DNA of 64,000 nucleotides. It comes from Candidatus Altimarinota bacterium. Its GTDB lineage: Bacteria > Patescibacteriota > Gracilibacteria > UBA4473. Below the pieces are notes generated by a model, which did no database searches, was not told the origin of the DNA, and saw only the letters and a list, made by a program, of their open reading frames with translations. The position numbers and the translations under genes were made by a program. Positions within the stretch are counted from its first letter, which is position 1. Every line of letters begins with the position of its first letter. Shown one piece after another: positions 50,212 through 58,558 of this stretch. The stretch is taken from positions 768,001 through 832,000 of the forward strand of contig OZ246423.1 of NCBI GenBank assembly GCA_965231215.1, written 5' to 3'.

Positions 50212-51147
50212 TTAGACTATTTTTTCTACTTTCGATTCTAGGTCCTCAAACCTGTTCTGCGTATAGATAGCGGTAGTGTTTAGGTTAGAGTGTCCTAGAA
50301 TCTGAGAGAGTGCCACGAGGTCTGAAGGATTCTTTTTGAGAAAGGAATAGGCAAAGGTATGGCGTAGTTGGTGAGGGCAGGTTTTTAATCCTGCTTTTCG
50401 AGCGTACTTCTCCACTATCTTATTTACCCCTAGTGTCGTGAGGTCTCCTCGCTGTCCCTGAAAGATTCTGGAGTGGCTCCCTATGAGTTCTTTCTGCTGT
50501 TCATAGAATTCATTAAAAACAGTCCTCAGTTTTAAGTTCATAGGGATTTTTCGGCTCTTTGTCCCTTTGCCACACCTTATCAGTATAAAGCCACTCCTAG
50601 GCGAGATATGTACGTCTGAATGATTCAATGATACTAGTTCTGAACATCGTAGTCCCGCCCACAAGAAGCAGCTAAAAATCAGTTGGTCTCTTAGATTCCC
50701 TCTCAGCTCAACCTCTCTCATCAGTCTGCGTGCTTCAGCTTCGGTTAATGACTTTGGGGCTAAGGCTACGTTCTGTACTAATTTGAGGTTGTCCGTGAGA
50801 TTTTTTTCAATAAACCCAAGTTCATGAGCCGTTTTAAAGAGTGTTTTTAGGCTGGAAATATGTCGGTTGATAGTGGAAGGCTTATACCGCCGTATAAGTA
50901 ATTCCTTTTTGAAATCTAGGAGGTCTGAAAAGGTGCAACGGTCAAAAGAAAAGGGCTCATGGTTAGTACTCTTGAACCACAATAGAAACTTCTTACTGTC
51001 TGCCATGAAAGCAGCCTTAGTATTTCTAGAGGTGTCCTTGGTAAGAAGTACGTTTTCAATGATTCGTTCTAGGTCAGATTTTGCTCGTCTGACTTTATTT
51101 AGCGAGTTTTGAGGGGGATAAATAATACCTTGGGGGGTGTTTTGCAT
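50212..51147 (-). CDS. Tyrosine recombinase (XerC/TnpI-like)
   Basis: GLRCSEL, GKG, HQLRHTF, LGH and TAIY catalytic residues; SAM-like N-terminal domain. Confidence 0.92.
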   Translation of the reverse strand: MQNTPQGIIYPPQNSLNKVRRAKSDLERIIENVLLTKDTSRNTKAAFMADSKKFLLWFKSTNHEPFSFDRCTFSDLLDFKKELLIRRYKPSTINRHISSLKTLFKTAHELGFIEKNLTDNLKLVQNVALAPKSLTEAEARRLMREVELRGNLRDQLIFSCFLWAGLRCSELVSLNHSDVHISPRSGFILIRCGKGTKSRKIPMNLKLRTVFNEFYEQQKELIGSHSRIFQGQRGDLTTLGVNKIVEKYARKAGLKTCPHQLRHTFAYSFLKKNPSDLVALSQILGHSNLNTTAIYTQNRFEDLESKVEKIV

Positions 51148-51442
51148 CTGTTTAAGGGTTAAAAAGTAAAAATAAGGATAATTATTTAGCGAGTATAAGT
51201 TCGCTTAGTACCAGTATCAAGGTAGAAAGGGGGTAGGTAGGTCACTCACTTGGAACGATGTATGGCGCTGTGTTTTATGAAATTTGTCAAAGTTGAGATT
51301 TGTGCAAAGTTCAGCCAATTTTGAATACCGAAATGTCAAAGAGCAGATGTTAAATCAAGGTAGACTTTTCCCAATACTGAATGACTTTATATTTCCAGTT
51401 CAGTAAAGGCTTAGTGCTATTTTTTGATTTAGGCTTATGAGC

Positions 51443-51895
51443 TTAAAACTCATCCAGAGAGAAAAAGTAGCCTTGGTGTAAATGGCTTGGAAGTACTTCA
51501 TCTTCTACGTCTTGAACCAGGTTCTTCATCAACTTCAAGCATCCCGTTATAGTTTTTGATTTCACCAGGTGCGTTTGTTGACTGTTAACGAACTTCGTCA
51601 CTTCTAACTTGTAAAACTCCTGTCCTACAAAGCGGTAGATACGAATGAGGTAGTAGCCATTGTTGTAAACTACTAAGACTTTTCTTCCCTCGGAGTACTT
51701 GTCACAGCTAGGCTTTTTGAGAAGCACTAGAGCTGGGAGTAGTAACCTTTTTTGTTGAGGTGGTATATCTTCCAACTCTTTGACTGAGAGAGCGGATATG
51801 CGCATTAAGACGCTCTCCATAGTCCAGTTAGGTAGAAGCCCTGCCACCTCTAGTTTTTTCGCACTATGTGCGTGTACAAAAAACCGGTCATTCAT
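51443..51895 (-). CDS. Hypothetical protein
   Basis: 150 aa ORF, overlapped by an upstream small ORF. Confidence 0.6.
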   Translation of the reverse strand: MNDRFFVHAHSAKKLEVAGLLPNWTMESVLMRISALSVKELEDIPPQQKRLLLPALVLLKKPSCDKYSEGRKVLVVYNNGYYLIRIYRFVGQEFYKLEVTKFVNSQQTHLVKSKTITGCLKLMKNLVQDVEDEVLPSHLHQGYFFSLDEF

Positions 51896-52031
51896 TTGAA
51901 TGTTGGGTTAAGAAATTTTTGGCAGGCACAACAGTCTCCACTACGGCCTCCATAATCTCGGTGCAGTCTTCTGCATCGCCCGAGAAGGAGATTTTTAGTG
52001 TGAGCTCGTCAAGACTTCTTTTGCTTGCCAT
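51888..52031 (-). CDS. 47 aa small ORF (MASKRSLDELTLKISFSGDAEDC...)
   Basis: ATG at 52031, TGA at 51890-51888, 8-bp overlap with the next start; absent from the ORF track. Confidence 0.45.
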   Translation of the reverse strand: MASKRSLDELTLKISFSGDAEDCTEIMEAVVETVVPAKNFLTQHSNE

Positions 52032-52054
52032 GCGCTAACTAAAACACACATGGG

Positions 52055-52082
52055 TCGCCAAAACCTCGCCATTAAGTCGCCA
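52055..52082. promoter_or_regulatory. Three TCGCCA direct repeats at 11-bp periodicity
   Basis: Copies at 52055, 52066 and 52077; further copy at 52150 and an inverted copy at 52180. Confidence 0.6.
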
Positions 52083-52194
52083 TAAGAGGGTTACATTTAA
52101 TAGCACTTAAAAGCACTCTTAGAGAGACTTAAGTTGATTTTTACAAATATCGCCAACCTGAAACTTCTTCTATGTTTTTTGGCGACTATTTTGG

Positions 52195-53157
52195 CTATGT
52201 TAAGAAGTATCCACTTCCTCTCTTACACTTAATATAGTTAATATTTTTACCATCGGTGTCACCAAGCAAAGCGTTGAGTTTACACATAGCATCAGTTAAT
52301 CTTCGCTTTTTTTCTTTAACTTCCATTTTCTTTGGAAGTTTCATCAATTCAAATAGGTCATCGTAAATAATGGTGCTACCATTGGCTATAATTAGTTTTG
52401 CAAATATATTCCTCTTTGTCTCTGAAATTTCTATACGGTGGTTATCAAAAGTGACTTCGGTTGTATTCATTGAATCTATATGTGAACTAAGCCTCCCACT
52501 ATACAAAACGTGAAACCCCTTATAAATTAGAGGTTCTTTGTTTTCTGAAGCCAAAATTTTGGCACTAGTTTGTTCCAGAGTAAATTCAAGTTCGTTTAAC
52601 AGTCCTTGGTCTAATACCCTAGAAGTAATAGATACTTTAGATATTTTAATTCTTTGTTTTTCTTCTAGGTAAAAAATTAGCAAGTACCAGTTTATCCCAT
52701 TGGTGACTTCCTTAGGCAAGTTTCTAATACTAAACTGGTTCCCTAAAGAATCACCGATAGTTTTAAGAAGTTTGTTTGATGATTTAAATAAAGATTTCTT
52801 ACTATTAAGAGCTCTGGATTGGCTAACTTTTCGAGTTAGGTAGTTTGTACAACTTTCCCTAAAGTTTTTAGGCAGTTTTATACTAACAATCCTTTCGAAT
52901 TCGGCTCCAACATCAGCTATGTACTGAGGAGCTACATCTTTTTCAATCACCTGCAGGTCACTTTCTATACAGTTATTTCTTAATAAGTCTGGAAAGTTTT
53001 CCAGTGTTTCTGAAGCACCCAAAGTAGAAGTCGTCAGGCTAAATTCAAATTCTGTAATTTTCCCCCACCTACTCCTCTCTTTTATATCATACAAAAGAAT
53101 TAAAGGCGCTACACTATTAAAGCAAGATTCTAGGTGTTTAAACTCGTCATCACTCAT
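52195..53157 (-). CDS. Protein with a C-terminal OmpR/PhoB-type winged-helix domain and no receiver domain
   Basis: IFAKLI..NG..IIYDDL...LTDAMCKLN..L...IKCKRGSGY pattern. Confidence 0.7.
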   Translation of the reverse strand: MSDDEFKHLESCFNSVAPLILLYDIKERSRWGKITEFEFSLTTSTLGASETLENFPDLLRNNCIESDLQVIEKDVAPQYIADVGAEFERIVSIKLPKNFRESCTNYLTRKVSQSRALNSKKSLFKSSNKLLKTIGDSLGNQFSIRNLPKEVTNGINWYLLIFYLEEKQRIKISKVSITSRVLDQGLLNELEFTLEQTSAKILASENKEPLIYKGFHVLYSGRLSSHIDSMNTTEVTFDNHRIEISETKRNIFAKLIIANGSTIIYDDLFELMKLPKKMEVKEKKRRLTDAMCKLNALLGDTDGKNINYIKCKRGSGYFLT

Positions 53158-53687
53158 CAGTAATTAACTCTACCTCAAAAAGTTGAAAAAGTTAACAAAG
53201 ATGAAAAAGTGATTTCATTGGAAAAGTACAAAAATTTGGACTTATACGGTCATATAACCTAACCTTTGGGCTTATCCAATAAAACCTAACGCTTCAAATC
53301 AAAACAAATTTTAAAATAACTACACGCGCTCTTATTACCACAAAAAAATTGACATACCTCTTGGTGTGGCTTTTTTTTATTTGCATTGAGGGGAGAGCTC
53401 AAGTCCAGAGTTCGATACGAGGAGCAAGCATAACAACAAGGGCCCCCACAGGGGGTAGTTGGTTTTTCAAGACGCGTAGCGGTTTGTGCGAGGGGCGATG
53501 ACCATGAGTTTGATATTTCTAATTTAGATAAAGAGATATTCCTCCATTAATTTAATTCCTCGCTAGAAGGATCCTGTTTAGAACCGCTTACTTCCCACCC
53601 CCAAGGTTGGTAGGTCTAAAGGCGCCAAAATCTTGTTTTGATAAAGTTTAAGTTTTAACATGTGTATGATTCTTAACTTTTTAAAAA

Positions 53688-54128
53688 ATGAAAAAACAGG
53701 AAATAGCCCTCCCAATTCCCCAGTGCAATAGTATGGGGTTGGCCTTAACGCGGATAGGTGTAGGTCTCTTTTTTGCACTTTTTGGACTTATGAAATTTAT
53801 GGGAGCTCTAAAAAGTGACCCGCAATTATTCGGCATGGTAGAAGGTATTTTTGGGACAGGAGGTATGATGTTGACAGTGCTTGTTTGGGGACTGGTAGCG
53901 GCTGAACTTGGCGGCGGAATTATGGTCATTTTAGGAAAGCTAGTCCCTAAAATTATGTATCAACTTTCACTCGTTTCTTTTATAATCATTACGGTGATAG
54001 GCACTGTCTTTATGCACATGGGGAATGTTCCACAAATGCTCTGGCATGGAATGTTAATGCTTATTTTGGTAGGCCTTATTATGAGTGAACCTAAGTGTGC
54101 TTGTGGTATTACCGGAAGTAAAAAATAA
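53688..54128 (+). CDS. DoxX-family membrane protein
   Basis: LTRIGVGLFF..FG..K and AELGGG motifs; 4 TM helices. Confidence 0.85.
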   Translation: MKKQEIALPIPQCNSMGLALTRIGVGLFFALFGLMKFMGALKSDPQLFGMVEGIFGTGGMMLTVLVWGLVAAELGGGIMVILGKLVPKIMYQLSLVSFIIITVIGTVFMHMGNVPQMLWHGMLMLILVGLIMSEPKCACGITGSKK

Positions 54129-54143
54129 CTCAATATTTAGATT

Positions 54144-54179
54144 TAAAAAAAGTGGCTTGTTTTGAGCCGCTTTTTTTTT
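54144..54179 (+). terminator. Intrinsic terminator-like hairpin
   Basis: A7-GTGGCTT-gttt-TGAGCCGC-T-tract. Confidence 0.6.
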
Positions 54180-54191
54180 ATGTTGGAGGGG

Positions 54192-54530
54192 ATGTTTATC
54201 TATGAATTAAACAATATTGAAGTCTGGGTTTACCTAGGGATAACTCCAGAAGAGCAAGGTTCAAAGCAAAAAGTTTTAATCTCTTTGGCTTTTGAATTTG
54301 ATGGTTCAAAAGCCGCTAAATCTGATGATATTAAAGAGACTCAAGATTATTTTTTAATTCAGCAGCATATCAAAAACTTCCCCAAAGAAAATACCTATGC
54401 CCTCTTAGAAAAGCTCCATAAAGATTTATCGGAGAGTCTGAACACCCTGTTTCCTGAAATCGTAATCAAAAATTTGAGTCTTGAAAAATTCCCATTTGAA
54501 GATGGATCTATAACCATAAAAACCCCTTGA
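54192..54530 (+). CDS. folB: Dihydroneopterin aldolase
   Basis: YLGITPEEQ..Q, SDDIKET.DY and ALLE motifs; GGAGG RBS before the ATG at 54192. Confidence 0.82.
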   Translation: MFIYELNNIEVWVYLGITPEEQGSKQKVLISLAFEFDGSKAAKSDDIKETQDYFLIQQHIKNFPKENTYALLEKLHKDLSESLNTLFPEIVIKNLSLEKFPFEDGSITIKTP

Positions 54531-54913
54531 AGGGTTCTTCTGGAACCATTCTCACACGTTAAATAGACCCGTTGACAATACTGTGTTTAAGGGGGGCTTC
54601 AGGAAATACTAAACCACCTCAAGGCACTCGAAGCGTCAAACAAAAAACCCCTCGCCAAGGTTGAAGGCCTTGGAAGTCAAAATGACGCAATTCTTAGCTG
54701 TATAAAAAAGTTACTCGCTTCTTCATTAAAACCTAATCACGGAGAGGACTAGTGTAATGCTGGTAATACCACTTATTTGCAAAAATTCTCCAATGCCGCA
54801 TAGCCTTCAGACTGGTAAAATTTCCCCAAAGTCAAACTTTTTTTGTCAATAAAATTTGACAAAATTGCAATTTTCCCTAGAAAATAGAGATACTTATCCT
54901 AATTTTTGCACAA

Positions 54914-55462
54914 ATGGGAATCAATGAAGGACGGCTTCCGGCAGACGAGGAAGTAGTAACTAGTGGCAAAAAAATTGCTAATCCCGCTGTTATGGTAGCA
55001 TTAGCAGGAGCTCTAACAGCGGCAACACCAGCCATAGCTGAAGACAAGACCGGCCAAGCCACGTTAGCAGCCGCTACCACAGAGACATCACAGCAAATTA
55101 CAGCCGCTACCCATTGCCCGACTTATGCCAGAGAAGGAAACACCCGCGCAGAAAAAAAAGCACGGCTTGTAGAATGTCGAACACATAAGCAACAGCTTGA
55201 AATTGCAGCACTGGACAATCGAATTGCGGAACTCCAATCATACATCACAGAACAAGGACTGGTTCTCAATAAGCTCCGTATTCTGAACGACAAAGGTGAA
55301 GAACTCGCTCGAATCGTGGAAGAAAATGGGCGACTGAGACTGGAAATTGGTGATATCAATGCAGAGATTAGTGGACTAAAGGCAAGTCAGGAAGCTACTC
55401 GACAACGTATTATAGCCACTCTTCAAAGGATTGATGCCTTCCTCGCTTCACGGCAAGGGTAG
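54914..55462 (+). CDS. Coiled-coil hypothetical protein with an internal signal-peptide-like segment
   Basis: KKIANPAVMVALAGALTAATPAIA|ED followed by heptad repeats. Confidence 0.65.
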   Translation: MGINEGRLPADEEVVTSGKKIANPAVMVALAGALTAATPAIAEDKTGQATLAAATTETSQQITAATHCPTYAREGNTRAEKKARLVECRTHKQQLEIAALDNRIAELQSYITEQGLVLNKLRILNDKGEELARIVEENGRLRLEIGDINAEISGLKASQEATRQRIIATLQRIDAFLASRQG

Positions 55463-55526
55463 AAATTTCGTAAACATTTGAATTTATGGCTTATTTCTGG
55501 TATACTAACCAGAGTATTTTTTATGC

Positions 55527-57503
55527 ATGAGTGCAGAAAGACCTGGTGACAATGAACGACCTCCGTCAAAACCACCTCGTGGTAACGGTGATGAAAACGA
55601 GGGGCTCAATAATCCAGAAGATCATCGTCATGTGATCCAAATTTTGCAAGATCCAGCATTTGGACTTCAAAATTACCTCCAGGGAATGGACACCCTCAGT
55701 CCACAGGAAGTGGCAAAGATCTGGAACGGCGAAAACCTCACCATGCTTCGGGGTTTCCCCACCAAAGGCACCCCAGATGAAAAAAACGCCTATTTAGCTG
55801 AAAACCCAAACCTGCAAAGCCTGATTGATCAGACTCGGCAAATTCTGTCGAAACGAGCTGAAGACGAAAAAGCCAGGAATCCAGAACCAACAGAAGACCT
55901 GGACGCCGCATTAGCGCAAGACCTTGATGGAGTTGCTGATCCCGACAAACCTGATGCCAATGAAGCCGCAGAAACCCCAGACCAACGAAATAAGCGTTTA
56001 GAAAATTATGTCGCAGAATATTTCAAAGAAGAATGTCCTGCAGAATTTCGCAATGAGGCGGCTGGAGTTTGTATGGCATATGAAACCGAATTGCGTGAGA
56101 CATTTGAAGAACCTGAACTTGAATTGACCGAAGAAGACATAGCTGATGTCAAACCGCAGGTGATCAATGCTGTAACCACAGCAAAGAGAGAGAAAACGGT
56201 TACGGACTTGGAAACCACTGCTGCCGAAATCCCAAAAGCAAAAGAAGCAGAAATTGCCAGATCGGAACAAATCGATGCACGGGTTAAAGCTGCCACCGGT
56301 ACAGATTTAGGACTGAGCCAAGGGCTCAACAACCCAGGCCTGAAACCGGCTGACATAGATAGTAAAATTTCCACCGTTGATACGGCCACAGCTAAGGCTC
56401 GGGATGAAAACGAATATCTAAAGAAAAAAAAGGAAGATAAGATCGAACAAAGAGATCAAGAAAAAGTCAAAGATCAGAATTTGAAGGAAAAAGCTGAAGA
56501 AGTTTCAGATGATGAAAAAATCCTTGCAAAAGAATATGATAGACTTCTGGATTCTGGAATAGGCCAAGCTGCCACCCTCAAGCAATTGATGGGTATGGTG
56601 AAAAGTCCAGAAGTCAAAGCCAGACTACAAAACTTCCTCAATATGGTGGGGCAACTGCAAACCGTCCTACCGGTAAAATCGGGCATCGTGACGAAGTACT
56701 TGAACGCATCAAAACTCAATCTGGGTTCAACGTCAGTGGTAGCCGCATTCGCGCCATTCATTGCCCAAATTGATGCCGCTCCGGATTTGACCGACGAAGA
56801 CAAAGACACCATCCGTAAAGCGCTTCACCATCAACCAAACAATTCTCGTGATGCTCAATCGGCCATCCTACAGGGACGGGGCGTAGAAACCGATCCAGAA
56901 ACCGGCAAAGTTACCAAGCTTCCTTATGACAAAGATCATCCATTGGAGCTCGAAGGAGGTGGAGTGATGTATTCAGACAACGGAGCTTTGGTGGTAGCCA
57001 CAGAAGACGGTTGGACGTACCGAGTTGATGGTGGAATTTTACCAGGTGATCTGACGCGGATTGTGAGTTTTGGAAAGGATCAACATAAGTTCAAGTCTGC
57101 TGGAATTGAAGATTTCATGGGCTTCAAGTTTGGTCTTCACAAACCGGAAAAGCATCTCAAACAGTTTCAGGATATCAAAAATCAACTGTTGGGTGGTTCT
57201 CGTGGATTGGAAGGCACTTATGCTTCCGAGAGAGATTCACACCGATATATGCACATTGTGAAATTCATCAGCCATTTTGGAGAAAGCCCGGTCAAAGTGA
57301 ACGAGGGCACAATGGCCAAAAGCATGAAAGGTCTGGGCCTAACACCACAGGGTATTTTGGAGGTCGATAACGCTGTTCTCAAAGAGATCGGGGCGTTTTT
57401 TCAGGAATCTCCCACGGCCCACGGTGAGGAATCTTATAAGGTTCTGCAAAAGCGGCTGATCGACAAAGGATTGATTGATTCGAGTTTAGCTCACACGGAA
57501 TAG
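55527..57503 (+). CDS. Large acidic hypothetical protein
   Basis: 658 aa ORF; TGGTATACT -10 upstream; no recognisable domain. Confidence 0.75.
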   Translation: MSAERPGDNERPPSKPPRGNGDENEGLNNPEDHRHVIQILQDPAFGLQNYLQGMDTLSPQEVAKIWNGENLTMLRGFPTKGTPDEKNAYLAENPNLQSLIDQTRQILSKRAEDEKARNPEPTEDLDAALAQDLDGVADPDKPDANEAAETPDQRNKRLENYVAEYFKEECPAEFRNEAAGVCMAYETELRETFEEPELELTEEDIADVKPQVINAVTTAKREKTVTDLETTAAEIPKAKEAEIARSEQIDARVKAATGTDLGLSQGLNNPGLKPADIDSKISTVDTATAKARDENEYLKKKKEDKIEQRDQEKVKDQNLKEKAEEVSDDEKILAKEYDRLLDSGIGQAATLKQLMGMVKSPEVKARLQNFLNMVGQLQTVLPVKSGIVTKYLNASKLNLGSTSVVAAFAPFIAQIDAAPDLTDEDKDTIRKALHHQPNNSRDAQSAILQGRGVETDPETGKVTKLPYDKDHPLELEGGGVMYSDNGALVVATEDGWTYRVDGGILPGDLTRIVSFGKDQHKFKSAGIEDFMGFKFGLHKPEKHLKQFQDIKNQLLGGSRGLEGTYASERDSHRYMHIVKFISHFGESPVKVNEGTMAKSMKGLGLTPQGILEVDNAVLKEIGAFFQESPTAHGEESYKVLQKRLIDKGLIDSSLAHTE

Positions 57504-57584
57504 ATAATTCGAGAGAATAAAGGAAACAGATTTATTTTTCTAGAGGCACATTTAATCTGCTTTTAATTAAATTTATCCCTTTTT

Positions 57585-57900
57585 ATATAACGATCTTTGA
57601 ACGAAAATTATTAATTTCAAATTGTACACTGGGGCTGCTGTCTTTATCAACTTCCTTCGACGTAAAATCCAAAGGCTCCCTTTTCCAGCTCTTCAATCTT
57701 ATGGCGCATCAAATCAGGCTGGAAATCCGTTCGGTTTAAAATCAATTCAAAGAATTGAAAGCATCATCATTACTCAAATAAATTTCTGTTATCTGATCGT
57801 CTGATAAAAATTCCAAAAACAATGATTTGAGAGAGCTTTCCTGGATTTTAGAACAAAAAACAAAATTGTTTTTCAGGTCAATTTCTGATTAATTCGGATC
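57585..57900 (-). pseudogene. Possible degraded gene fragment
   Basis: Protein-like frames (EIDLKNNFVFCSKIQE..., DLMRHKIEELEKGAFGFYVE) broken by stops and frameshifts. Confidence 0.25.
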
Positions 57901-58100
57901 AGTCACAACGGTATTTTCTAAAGCGTATAGCCTACCGCCCCTCCTTTCGATCTGAGGATTGCAATGGGATGGTACCCCCCAACCGTAAATATTTCGATGT
58001 CCGAAATCTGGTTTGTTTTCAATAAGCAGAGAGGTTTTTGAACCTCAAAGCAGCCTCAAACTTGCTTTTTAAGTACCTATTTTCGAACGTTCTTCGTTCA

Positions 58101-58177
58101 TGGAGCCACCTGTCGGAATCGAACCGACGACCTGCGGGTTACAAATCCGCTGCTCTAGCCAGCTGAGCTAAGGTGGC
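58101..58177 (-). tRNA. tRNA-Thr (TGT)
   Basis: GCCACCT/AGGTGGC acceptor stem, ttTGTaa loop, GTCGG-TTCGATT-CCGAC T arm, CCA. Confidence 0.95.
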
Positions 58178-58346
58178 CCGTTGTTGGTTACTTTCTATAC
58201 TTTAGAATCTCACTTTGTTTGATAACTGTGTATACAGTGGTAACCGCCGCTTCTCTTCACAAAAGTAGACCTTCGCTTTCCGCTTTTGCAAAGCCAAAAC
58301 AGATTAAAAATAAATTTTTAAAACGCAAATTTTGATGCTAGATTTT

Positions 58347-58556
58347 TTAGCTAGCCGCTTGTCCAACTTCTTTACCAGCCCAAGCTCCAATCACCGTCCC
58401 GCCTAGCACAGCGGCTATTTTGCCCAAAATAGACCCCGTAGCTTCGGCCACATCTAACCCCGCAATTAACCCGAGAGCGGCTCCAGCGTATTTGCCAGCC
58501 GTTTCAAGCACAGAGCCACTTTCATGAATGTTTAGAACTGATTCTGAGTGAGACAT
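58347..58556 (-). CDS. Small glycine-zipper protein
   Basis: GxxxGxxxG repeats in two hydrophobic helices; starts 2 bp after the femX-like gene. Confidence 0.6.
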   Translation of the reverse strand: MSHSESVLNIHESGSVLETAGKYAGAALGLIAGLDVAEATGSILGKIAAVLGGTVIGAWAGKEVGQAAS

Positions 58557-58558
58557 GA

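Larger units (their letters stand above)
44231..53340. mobile_element. ~9.1 kb integrative element at the tRNA-Lys 3' end
   Basis: ACCA core at 44227-44230 and 53337-53340, inverted arms, serine and tyrosine recombinases, Xis-like HTH, no GATC sites. Confidence 0.85.

Noticed and set aside
44231-53340. Prophage or ICE interpretation of the island
   Set aside because: There are no structural, terminase, replication, relaxase or mating-pair genes inside the att boundaries.
57969-57985. GGGGGGTACCA on the minus strand as an att copy of tRNA-Thr
   Set aside because: It does not match the tRNA-Thr 3' end (GGTGGCTCCA), and no integrase is nearby.
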